Made by a program: the position numbers and the translations under genes
Origin: Azolla caroliniana
Lineage: Eukaryota; Plantae; Polypodiophyta
NCBI GenBank assembly: GCA_043228905.1
Contig: JBHGNT010000006.1
Location: 17,360,001-17,424,000, forward strand
Direction of reading: 5' to 3'
Length of the DNA stretch: 64,000 nt
Shown here: piece after piece, positions 21,006 to 32,884 of the stretch
Layout of the letters: the number at the start of each line of letters is the position of its first letter
Numbering within the stretch: position 1 is the stretch's first letter
Notes under the pieces: model-generated
The model's input: the letters and a program-made list of their open reading frames with translations, nothing else
Told to the model about the DNA's origin: nothing
Database searches by the model: none

Positions 21006-24000
21006 TGTCGTAGTGTAATTCGCACACTACGTGAAAATTCGCACACACGACAAGAGCCGGACGAAGAGGACCCATAAGAAGGACCCAGTGAAAACCGGAT
21101 AAAGAAAACCGGTGAGAACTGGATGAAGCAGATTCGGCAAGAGCCGGATGAAGAAGGCCGGTGAGAGTCTCTCACCGGATGAAGAGACATATATGTAAAT
21201 AAAAGAAAATATAAAATATATATATTACATGCATAGGGCAAGATTCGAACCTTGCACCACCATGTTAATAATGTTAAGGCTTACCACTAAACTAACATAT
21301 TATGAATTGTAAATTTATATTAAACTTTATCCCATGTAAATATTCTAGATATGCATAGTACAAAAAGTTACTCATGCATACACACTCGAGTTAAAAGAAA
21401 AGATGGGATAGAAAACTAATCATGCACAAGTAGTTTCGTGGGATTCACGACATAATCTATACTTGTGGGATTCGCAAGTTTATAATAATCTATTCATAAT
21501 TAAAATCGCCTCAAATTCTTCTTCTTCCTACTCAGAAACCCTAGCGGTTCCCAACAGACTCACGAAACGATCCGGAGCCGAAAGGCACGACACAAGTGGT
21601 GAACCCGACGTGAAGACGGGTGGCAAGGAGATGGAGAATCAACAAGAGGCGATGAACATGATGATGATGATGATTGAGCGGATGCAACAAGAGCAACGTG
21701 CGATGTCGGAGATGAAGTCGGCAGTAGAGCGGCTTGTGCAACGAAATGGGCAATTCAACGGAAATGATGTGTCACGCTATCTACGTGAATACAAGGCAGA
21801 GATGATGCGATGTGGGATACCAGAAGGATTGCAAGTGATATCCTTCAGTCGGGTGGCCATGGATGAGCTACAAGAGAGAACCCACAAGATACGGCAACAA
21901 AACCCGACATGGGGGTCCTTTGAAGAAGCTTTACGAGAGGCATATGCCTATGAGAGATCGGCAAGAGTTCGACGAATGGGTTTTATCGGAGAAGACCCAC
22001 TGAAGTGCAACACAAGCATTCCTAGAGTTTGAGTATCATTTTGCTCAACGCTCGGAGTGGGAACAAAGATTGGTGGGGGAGGGTAAAGTCCTAATGTTTG
22101 TAAGATCGATCGATCGGAAAGAAAGGATAGACATCGGGATTGAACTCGAAGATGATGACGGTGGAAATGGCCTTACCGAGGATTGGGATGAAGTCGAAAG
22201 AGTTTGCCGAAGACATGATAAGAGGAAGATGAGAATATCATCGGCAACAACATGGGCTATGAGGGATGATCGATTAAGGATAAATGATGTGGCTGATATG
22301 AAGGCCGAAATACAATATGATGGGACCACGGGAGAGAGTGTGGAACAAGACATCCTCTTGTCTAGTGAAAGAACGACGACCAAGGATAAGGCCATTAAGC
22401 TAAGAGTGGCGAACACCACTTCAAGTGTAGAAGAAGATTTCGGGATACAAGTGTTCAAGACATCGGATGCGAAAGAGGTAAGCATAATCGATGCTTGCAT
22501 AATTGATGGATATAAAGAGTGTTAGGCGAACTTGATTGAGGAGGTCGCCACGAAAGATGACATCGAATCGGAGGTGGCTATGGACGAATCAATGGCGGAT
22601 GGCCGTATGAAGACTTTCCCACCACTAGTTCTAGAGATTTCGGCGGTTGTATTCGAAAGACCACGTGAGACCGAAGAGACGGAAGATGGCGGAGAGAAAA
22701 CGAAGGCTGACGCCGATGCATACGACGGAGAGATTGCCGAGAAGGTGGCTATGGGTGAAACGATGGAGAACGATAATATCGAGGATTCCTGCCCACTACT
22801 TCTAGAAACTTCGGCGGTTGTGTTCGAGAAGCAACGTGAGACCGGAGAGACGAGAGGTGGCAGCAAGAAAGGTAAAGTTGGAAGCCGGTTCGGATGGAAG
22901 ATGATCCGGACGGAATTCCGATCCGAAAAAAAGCCGACCCAAGAGGGGTCGACTTGGTCAAAACCGATCGACCGAATCTGTTTCGGTCGAACGCGAATAC
23001 GGATGGAAGCTGACCTAGCCGAAAGCCGATCCGACGAGACCGATCCGGAAAGAAGCTAATCCGACTCAATCGGAGGTTGAACCGGTCGAGGCCGATGAAT
23101 ACGAGGAAAAGAAAGCCAACCGAAACTGAAACCGATATATCGAACCCGACCCGGACAAGGGCCGACTCGGTCAAAACCGATCAACCGAGTCCTATTCGGC
23201 TGAATATGAATCCGATCGGAGGCCGATCCAACCGAAAACTGATAAGATGAGACCGATCCAGAAAGAAGGTAATCCGACTAAAATGGAGGTTGAAGCAATC
23301 GAGATCGGTGAACACCAGGCAAACGCCAAACAGGCACACTACCATAGACAACAAGGGTCAAGCGTATTTGAAGAGTGTTACCAAGGATGAAATCTTAACA
23401 AAGACGGTAAGCTCTAACATGAAGATTATCAACTCTAACGCGAGATTATACGACAAAGGTGAACAAAGTGGGAAGCATGGCACATGCACAAGACAAGAAG
23501 GGTTATGCTCAAGAGGATCACAAGGAGCCATGAAAACCGGCCATGGCAATGCAAGAAGAGAACAAAGAATATGGTGGAGGAACAAAGAAAACCGGCCATG
23601 GTAACTGGGCGGAGCAAGCAACTGAAAACCGGAAACCGGACGGAGCCGGCAACCAAACAGAAACAGAAACCAGGCGGAGCCGGCAACCAAGCACGACCGG
23701 CGACGAAACCATACGGGCGGAGACCGGACGGAGAAGACTAACAATCACCGACAACTTCGGCACATACCGGAGGTTATGTGGGTTTGGACGGGGTGAATGT
23801 CGTAGTGTAATTCACACACTACGTGAAAATTTACATTTTTGGTCTTTGTGGATGGGACATGGACTACCCGGTGAGAACCGGAAGGAGGAACCGGTAAGGA
23901 CCGACCCAGTAAGGAGAATCGGTAAGAACCGGATCAAGCAGAACCGGCAAGAGCCGAATGAAGAGGACCCGTAAGGAGGACCCAGTGAAAACCGGATAAA

Positions 24001-24326
24001 GAAAACTGGTGAGAACCGGATGAAGCAGACCCGGCAAAAGCCAGATGAAGAAGGCCGGTTGAGAGACTCTCACCGGATGAAGAGACATATATGTAAATAA
24101 AAGAAAATATAAAAATATATATATTACATGCATAGGGCAAGATTCGAACCTTGCACCACCATGTTAATAATGTTAAGGCTTACCACTATACTAACATATT
24201 ATGAATTTTAAAGTTATATTAAACTTTATCCCATGTAAATATTCTAGATATGCATAGTACAAAAAGTTACTCATGCATATACACTCGAGTTAAAAGAAAA
24301 GATGGGATAGAAAGCTAATCATGCAC
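21006..24326 (+). mobile_element. Gag-only (TR-GAG-like) non-autonomous Trp-primed element; 5' LTR 21006-21592, PBS 21597-21614, 3' LTR 23798-24326 (truncated)
   Basis: LTR pair starting TGTCGTAGTGTAATT; Trp PBS; gag homologous to 29414/30880 (FNGNDVSRYLREYKAEMMR); PPT GGACGGGGTGAA before the 3' LTR; no pol in ~2.2 kb of internal sequence. Confidence 0.85.
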
Positions 24327-24452
24327 TTGCAGTGTGCATGAAAACTAAAGTTAGAAACAACATGTTAGATAAAGCATATAGTCTATAGTTAGAGAAAAAG
24401 CATGGATTGTTAAGACTCTCTCATCACTACCGGTGTGTGTAAGGTCCCGACA

Positions 24453-26990
24453 ACACCTCTTGCCGTCTTCCTCTCACCGTAGTTCGACCTCCATGTCGGA
24501 TTCTTCTGCTTGTCACGTTCACCTGCCGCCACCGATCTCTCCTATGGGACTCACGCCGGGGCTCGGGTCGACCGCGGGATCGGTGTGAGGATCTCCGTAG
24601 ACTGCCCCTTCGCCTTTGTCCCCTCGCCGCCATTGTTCATCACTCTAGGTCTCACGCAGGCTCTCGGGCCGACCGCCGGAGTCTCTAGAACCAGTGTGAA
24701 GGATCCTCTTCGGGCTCGTCGTATATCGGACCCTTATCCCGAGTATTCCTTCTCCGCATGTCGAGAGGGTGGCTCACTCCACACCCTCTCCCGTGGTACC
24801 GACCTATCGTGTTCCCGGCATCTTCGTAGGCCTGCTCCATCCTCCCTCCCGGATCGCTTATCCGGAAGTCCGTTCCGCCATTCTCTGGATTGTCGGGTCC
24901 CGTTTTCCTGCCGCCATCATTCTCTCCTATAGGACCCACGCCGGCTCTCGGGCCGACTGCCGGATCGGTTTGAGGATCTCCATAGGACCGGTCTTCGTTC
25001 TCCGCTTCGTCCCTTGTACTTCTCCCGAACTTGTCGTCGTTGATCCCCTTTTTTACGCTTCCCCACCATCTCCCTTCTATTTCGGTCTCACATTGCCATG
25101 TTGCCTTGAACTGCCGAAGTCTCTAGTCAAGATGTGGGGAACAATTTCGTAACGATTCCGGACGACCCTTTTAGTGGTGTCTTTGGATAGCATCCGCTAT
25201 TTGATCAGCCAAGCCGCTCCTGGGCTTAATTCTCCAAAGTCCGGAGTTTCGGCTCCGATGCCGATCCTACTGGACTCGTTCTGAACCACGACCGGATCGT
25301 TCTCTAACCGAATCGTAGTGCCGCGCGGTTCGGTCCCCGGTTGGGTCGTTTCTTGGTCTCTTCTTCGACCTTTTCACGGGCCATTTCCCATCCATCTTCG
25401 CTGGCATCGTGCCAGGACTCCTCCATACTGTCATCCATCTCCTTGGTCTCACATGGGTGTAAGGGCCCGAATGCCGAGTTCTCCGGAATCGGTCTCGAGG
25501 GGTCTTGTCCATTCCTTCCCCATATCGTCTCGCTGGTGTTTCTCGGTCTCTCGTGGCCCGCCTTCCTCCTGTTGGGACTCACGTGGGCACTCGGGCCCGA
25601 CTGCCATCGTCTCAGGAGCAAGTGTGGGAAGACACGTTCAATCGCCCGTCCTATGTACGCCCTTCTCTGTAGCCACTGGCTCCTCGTGGTTGGTGGTCGT
25701 CTCCTTACCAATCGTGCAAGCCCTGCATGGGCTTGCTTCTCCAATGTCCAGAGTTCCGGGCTGACGTGCCCGGAAGCGCTGGTCCCGACGTTCAGATTCT
25801 GCGATCTGTATCTAGGCCTTGTTCTTGTCCGTTTTATCTCCACAAGCTGAGAGGGCGTTTTGTTTCGCACCCTCTCTCGTGGTACCGTGGTACCGATCTT
25901 CTGCCTTCTCGTGGGCCACGTCCGTCTCCTTAGCATCGGTTTGTGGCCTCGATCTTTTCCCTTCCTCGACCATTGCCTCGAGAGTTGCGTACGCCTTCGC
26001 AATCCTGGCCCTAAAGTCGAGCCTTGCTGACTCTCTTTGTCGTTTGACCTCTTCCCGCAGTGTCGTTTGACCTAGCCTTCTCAGCCCGTTCATCATCTAG
26101 CCGTTGGCATACCTTTCCGACTTTCAATCAGTCCTCCGTAAGGCCATTCACTCCATCATCATCTTTGACCTCAATCCCGATGGCCTCCCAATCCATTCGG
26201 TCGATCGACCTAACAAACAATAGGACTTTGTCCGCCCCCACCAAACCTTGCTCCCGCTCTGGGAGCCGAGCAAGCCATCGCTCGAACTCTCGGAACGCCT
26301 TCGTTGTGCCCTGGTAGGTCTTCGCCGATGCCACCCACTAGTCGAAGCTGTGTCATCCCCGGCTCTTTCGCCGTCCTCCATATGCTTGCAGGAGCGCCTC
26401 TTCGAAAGCCTCCCACGAACTATGAGCTTCTCGGAGCTCCTTCACTTCCGCGTGCACACGGATGGCGACGAACCGACAAAAGAACTCCAGCCTCAACACC
26501 TCGTCTACGTCTCGCTCCTCGATTTCTACGTTGTAGGCTTCCAAGTAGAATGGGACTTTGTCCCCGTTGAAACGACTGACTCTTTCGACAAGCCGGTCAA
26601 TAGCTTGTTGCGTCGTCTCTCTTCTCATTGTTGCTCTTCCAAACTCCCTCACCGCTTCGACAAAAAGATGTGCAAAGTTGTCTTCTTCCAACTCCATTCT
26701 CCCTTGCTGCCCTTCACGTCGGGTTCACCAAAGATGTCGCGTTATTACGCGCGTGGGTGTACAAGGGGCGGGACCACGGGGGTCACGGACGAGGGAGGAA
26801 AGGATGCCGAGAAAACCGACTTCGGACACAACCCGGAGGAAACCGAACACGAGAGAGAGAGAGAGAAAGAAACGGGAGAGAGCATGTGCTCACCGCCGAC
26901 TCTTATGCACAGGAAACGAAGGGAAATAAACACACCCGACACCAACAGAGACGCAAATATGCACAACCTGTTTATATATATGATTACTAT
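24453..26990 (-). mobile_element. Second gag-only Trp-primed element fragment (partial 5' LTR from 26735, PBS 26713-26730, gag ~26100-26697, low-complexity tail)
   Basis: Exact Trp PBS; gag VSRFNGDKVPFYLEAY..., KVLLFVRSID...GLTED; no pol motifs. Confidence 0.8.
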
Positions 26991-29413
26991 AGAAAGTAGC
27001 GTGCGGAAGCAAGTATGAAGACCGAATAGAAGGGAGGAAACTCAAGTTTAATGGAGAGCTTGAGCTTACACGGTATACGCAGGAGAGACACAGAGAGAGA
27101 GAAACACAAAAAACTATATTCAACACTCTATTCACCACTCTCTGTCCATATGTGTGTTCAATGAACACTTTTATACAAGTCCTAGAAGGACTGACCGAAG
27201 TACTGACAATACTTCAACACTCATTAAGAGCTCCTACACTAACTCCCAAATATATTCCTCACGGAATATCTTTCCTAACGGCCTCCCGGTTTACGCACTC
27301 GGCCTAACCGATCGGTCCCAACCGATCCGGTCCTCGGCTTCTTCAGCCGATCCAGCCGATGTTGAGCTTGTCTCTCAACACTCCCCCTCAAGCACAACTC
27401 GAGGCTCTTCGGGATCCTCGGACTTAGAGCTCCGGTTCCTCCTGGCTTCACGCCTCGCTCGCGCTCCTCAACCTGTTCGACTCCGCGCGCTTCGACCCTT
27501 CCGGTCGGCTTGTTTGCTTATGCGGCCATTATCAGCTCTTCTGTTGTTGTGGTGTTGACGCTTCTCCTGCTACCTTTTCTTCCGCTTGGGCCTCGGTTGA
27601 TTCAGTGTATCTGAATCAAACATCCGAACCGATTCGGCTACCTCCAATCGGTTTTCGCTCTCGTCCAAGTTGGCTGTCTCCAACTCGTCTTCGGTCTTCT
27701 CGCCCTCGATGGCGTCATCTCCCCCATGCGTGGTTGGCTTCAGCTCTCTCCTTCGGCTGCTCCCCTTTTGTCCGCTTCCGGACTTCTCCGCGGGTCCGCC
27801 CTCGGCTTCTTCAGCCGATCCGAAGTCGAACTCGACAACCGACTCGGTGTCGCGGTCTCCGCTCCTTTCCTGCTGCCTTGCTTGGTCGTTCGGGACTATT
27901 CTCCCCCTCAAGTTTGGCACGTCGAGGTGATGCAAACCGAGCGCACCTGAGAATTGCCGCAACTTGTCCAGACCAAGAGGCTTGGTGAAGATGTCGGCAA
28001 TCTGCCGATCCGTTGGCACATCTTGAAGTTCGACTTCACCGGAAAGGACACGCTCACGGATGAAATGGTAGAGCACCTCAATGTGCTTGGTCCGTGCGTG
28101 GAAAACGGGGTTCTTCGTGAGTTGGATGCTGCTGAGGATGTCGCAGTAGATCGTCGTCGGATCTAACACCTCCGCTTGCAGGTCTTTAAGTAGCCGCTTC
28201 AACCATATGGCTTCGTATGTCGCGACAGCCGTTCCTCGGTACTCAGCTTCGGTGCTCGAGAGTGCAACTGTTGGCTGCTTCTTACTGCTCCACACGATCG
28301 CGGCACTCCCGAGGGAGAACGCGTATCCAGACGTGGATCGGCGATTGGCGGCGTTGCCATCCCAATTAGCATCGGTGTAGCCAACTAACTGCGCGGCTGC
28401 ACCGGTCCGATATAGCAGTCCACGGTCCTTAGTGCCACTTACGTATCGCAGTACGCGTTGCGCACACTGAAGGTGCTCCTCGGTAGGTCGCGCCATGAAC
28501 TGACTGATCACCCCGACCGGATAACTGAGGTCAGGTCGGGTGATAGTCAAGTATATGAGGCTTCCGACAATTTGTTAGAACCTCGTCGGGTCGCATACCT
28601 CCCCGTATCGGGACGAAGCTTGACGGTTCTGTCCAGAGGAGTTGAGACTAACTTGCAGTCGGCCATCCCGAATTTGAAGAGCATACTCAGCACGTAGTGA
28701 CGCTGGCTGATCAATATGCCTTCGGGGGTACGGTGTCGTGAAGAAAACCGTCCACAAGCGGAATCGGTGCGCCGGAGCATAGGAACCGGCTCTTCATACA
28801 CGTACGCCTTGTGTTGTACATAGGAGAGAATTAGGGACATGGGAGATCCTAGGTAGGTAGATTCGGTAGGTAGGAAGTTAATAGGAAACGGCTCCCTTCT
28901 TGCCTATAAAAGGAGGGAGATGAGGAGGAGGAGGGGATCGCGAAGTAAGAGAGGACGAAGTGCTGTCGGATTGTGGGCCGAAGGCTTCTCTCTCTTCCAA
29001 ACTCCATAGCTTCTTTCTGCGCAGGTTTCGGGAGGCTCGCGCTGCTCTGAGGAATGCCCGAGTGCTTCCGGCAGCACCTCCAACCTACTCCTTTCTTTTT
29101 GTGCGTTTACGAACAGGCATCGGCATCTGTTCGCCGGCCTGTTCGGTTGTAACCGACTTCGTGTTCTTGTTGTTTGTCTTTGTTAATACATACATACATT
29201 CGTGTCTATCTGTGTCGCTGTCCCACTCGCGTCTTTGTGTCCAAGGGCCGTGTCCCTGCGAATCTACGCTCGCATGTAGTGGGTTCCCTTCTCCTTTCAC
29301 TCTTGCTCTTCGGTACAAGACCCCCGAGGTCCCGCCTCATTCCACGCATCCGCGAGGAATACCTCGACATCTTTGGTGAACCCGACGTGAAAGAGGCGGC
29401 ATAAGAGCAGAAG

Positions 29414-32400
29414 ATGAAGGGGTCGGATCTTGCAGAGGCCATGGCTTCGGCCGTAGATCGGATATTGAGCGCATGCGAGGGCTCCGGCGCCCTCGACAGA
29501 GCCATTGAGGCGGTCGTCGGTACGATCGGCCGGTTCAGCGGAAAGGATGCCACGAAGTATTTGGCCTCCTACAGGGCAGAAATGCTAATGCGGTGTCGTG
29601 AAAATACGACGAGGATACGCGAACTTGAGGCAGGACCCCGGGGCCTCCGACCGAAGGATAATCACATGTGTACGTTTATATTTTTAACAAATAACGGAAA
29701 GAAGAAATTTAATAATTTTCATTAACAAAGGAAAAAGAAATTACAATATGTCCCAAGATTTGGATTTAGAAGTTTTAGGTTTACTAAGATTAATAGAAAA
29801 GAAAAATTAGGGGTTTTGGTAGATATCGCTTCCGTAGGGAAGATTAGGATTAGGTTATATGAGTATTATGGCTTCCGTAGGGAAGATTAGGGTTTTTGAG
29901 TGTCATGGCTTCTCTAGGGAATTTTAGGGTTTATGAGAGTTATGGCTCCCTAAGATAAGGGAGTTGAGAAGGACAAGAAAAATTAAGATAATATGGAGAG
30001 TCTCCGTGTAGAAAAAGTAATGGAATAAATATGGAGTTCTCTCTTGATCATAGCCTTTTCACTTTTTGTTGCATGGCCTCTACTTTTAGTTGCCTAGCTT
30101 TTTCTTTTGGTTGCATGTGACTGTCCACATGACCTTTACTTTTTCCCATGCACTCCCTTCTTTAGTTGCTTGCGTCCACATGGCCTTTACTTTAGTTCTC
30201 TTCACTTTACTTTAGTTTGTTGCTTGATCCAATCTTTCGTCCGTCCGCGTCCAACATCGTCCGGTAGCCGGTTCCATTTTGCTTGCCGGTCGGTTCCGGT
30301 TCCGATTTTGTTTGCCGACCGGTTCCGGTTTTGCTTGCTGGCAGGTTTCCGGTTTTGCTTGCCGGCCGGTTCCGGTTTTGCTTGCCGGCCGGTTTCCGGT
30401 TTTGCTTGTCGGCCGGTTCCGGTTCCGGTTCCGGTTCCGGTTTGCTTGCCGGTTCCGGTTCCGGCTTGCTTGCCAGTTCCGGTTCCGGTTTGCTTGCCGA
30501 TTCCGGTTCCAGTTTTGCTTACCGGCCGGTTTCCGGTTTTGCTTGCCGGCCGGTTTCCGGATTTAGGGAATTTGGCCACTATCATCCATCAAGACAAAGT
30601 GGCCAAAGTGCTCTTAGCACAAATGAAAAATGAGGGAGCTCAAGGTGTTTATATAGCCAGGGCCTTAACTTTCCTATCTATGTGGGATAGTTCTAATTTC
30701 CCTATCTTCTTAAACTTTATTTTCTCATAACTTGATATGTATTTCTCCATTTTATATATAGTAAAATACGTTTTGAATCTCCTGAGTATATCCATCTTTC
30801 TATAGTAAACTACTAATCTAATCTATAATAATTATTTCATTATTTTTTTACATAGTGTGTGAAGAGTCACACGACAGCGGGACATTCCGGAAGAGAGGCG
30901 TCTTGCCGGGTTCCCTCGAGTGGCGATGCCGAGCATCCATGCGGAGGTGCTCGAGGTACGGGCGGAGAGCCGTACCTGGGAGGAGTTCGAAGGCCGACTC
31001 CTAGAAAAATACGGGTTGGACGATGCGCTCCGGCTTTCGAAACGGGACTTCATGGAATGGGTGGAGTCCCCCGGCAAGGGAAGAAACGCGTCGGCACTCC
31101 TCCGGGAGTTCGAAGAACGCTTTGCGCGCCTTTCGGCGCTTGACTAAACCGTTCTGGATACGAGCCGGGTCCTACTGTTCGTCAAGTCGGTGGACGAGCG
31201 GGACCGGGATCAAGTCGACTCCTTACTGGAAACCGAAGACGGGCTGACGACCGACTGGGCTGCGGTTAAGAGAGTCTGTGGCCGTTTCGACAAACGGCGA
31301 GAATGGGCTGACAACGGGGCGGTTGGTGCGGGCTCTGTCATAGCAAGGAGGCTTGAACCGGCACCGCAAGGGCGAAGGGTAGAAACCCGAGAATGGCTCG
31401 AAACCGGTCCGGCTTCGACCGGCATGGTCAGTGGCTCGTCCGGAGGAGCAGTGTTGGAGGAGTTGACGCGGGCGATAAAGGATCTCCAAATCGCCCAGAC
31501 TCGAAGGGAAGGCGGTGAACTGGCTTGTGACCGACGACCGGTAGCAGGGAACAGGTGCATGTGGTGCGACGAGGTCGGCCACATCCGGAAGGACTGCAGC
31601 GATTTCGCAGAAGCGTTGAGGAACCGGGTGGTATACCTGTGGGAAGGCCGGGTGCACGCCGGCGACACCAGAAGGGCCTTGAACCGAAACGACGGGTGAG
31701 GAGGAATGAAGAGACTGATGGAAGAGGCAGCGGCCCAACACATGGAGGCCATCCACTACTCGGCATCGGCCGGCATTCGGGTCGGGGGTAGCGAGGCCCG
31801 AAAGGAGGGCAAAGACGGATTCTGGTTGGCAATGCTGGAAGGTCTTGCCGGCGCACGGCTAAGGAAAGATGAGACGGACCGCGCTGAGAGACGGGTCCGG
31901 GAAATAACCGGGTGGAGCGATCCGGTCGAGGAGAAGACAAGCTTCATAAAAGCCGCCTGCCGGAACTACAAGGCTCTGGTAGAAGACAAACGAGTGGGGA
32001 AAGCCGGAGTGGCCGGGCCCTCACAACGGTACGAGACCCGATTCGGGCAACAACGGAACGATGTCGGTGGGTCCAGCTCGCAAGATAACCCCAGGAAGGG
32101 CGGATACCGACTGGGGACGGAAATAGAAATGACTACGGACCTACGAAAGGTCCTAGAAGAACGGATCCTCGACAGCAAAGTGGAGCTGTCATTGCGAGAT
32201 GTGCTAGGGATCGCCAAGAAGGAGTTCCATGACTCCATTGTGGACCTGGTGAAACGGAAGAGGCTGTCGACGGAGACGGAACCGGACAGACCGGTGGAGG
32301 TGCGGACGACGCACATCGACGACATGGCGCTGGAAGATGAGTGGGCGGAGAGCCACTATTCAAGGCCGCACTGGGCCCGAGCGACCACGGAGACCCCGGT

Positions 32401-32827
32401 AAAGATCGGAGATGTTCAGGAACCGGTGGTGGCATTGGTGGACCACGGTTCGGAAATAAACCTGATGTCCATGAACTTCTATAAGAAGGGAAAGTGGCCA
32501 ATCAACACCAAGCACGGGTGGAAGATACGGGCGGCGACGCGCGCCACCGAGGAACTGCACGGGGCCTGCCCGAACATGCGAGTCAAGATTGGCGACGTCG
32601 AGATTGACCAACACTTCTTCGTACAGGAGACGTCCTCGCACCCGGTCATATTAGCGGAACCATACATCATGGCGGCGCGGATGGAGGCCAAGGTGCTAGA
32701 CAACGGTTCGGTCTACGCGAGGGTCAAAAGCTAGGACGGGCGCCATTCGGTCCAATTTCTGACGGTGCGACCGAACCACGAGCGAAACCGCGAATCCCTC
32801 GGTGGCGAGAACCGGGAGGATTTTTAG
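29414..32827 (+). pseudogene. gag-protease ORF of copy A (interrupted)
   Basis: Continuous homology from MKGSDLAE to ...NRESLGGENREDF*, with internal stops and the solo LTR insertion. Confidence 0.88.
29594..30876. mobile_element. Solo LTR (1283 bp) inserted in gag of copy A, with an internal CCGGTT-based repeat array (~30260-30560)
   Basis: TGTCGTG...CACGACA termini with an exact 4-bp TSD GCGG; gag resumes AEMLMR|DIPEERRL on removal. Confidence 0.93.
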
Positions 32828-32884
32828 AGAGGGCTGCCAAGGCGTGGGGCCGAGACAGTCCGGACACTCGGGAAAGACACCAGG

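Noticed and set aside
21236-21296. Functional tRNA genes at the A/B-box modules (also 54279-54350)
   Set aside because: No convincing acceptor or anticodon stems; reported only as tRNA-like modules.
30107-30730. Repetitive ORFs (PVPVPV, TGTGKQ, FRFRF)
   Set aside because: Translations of the CCGGTT array within a solo LTR.
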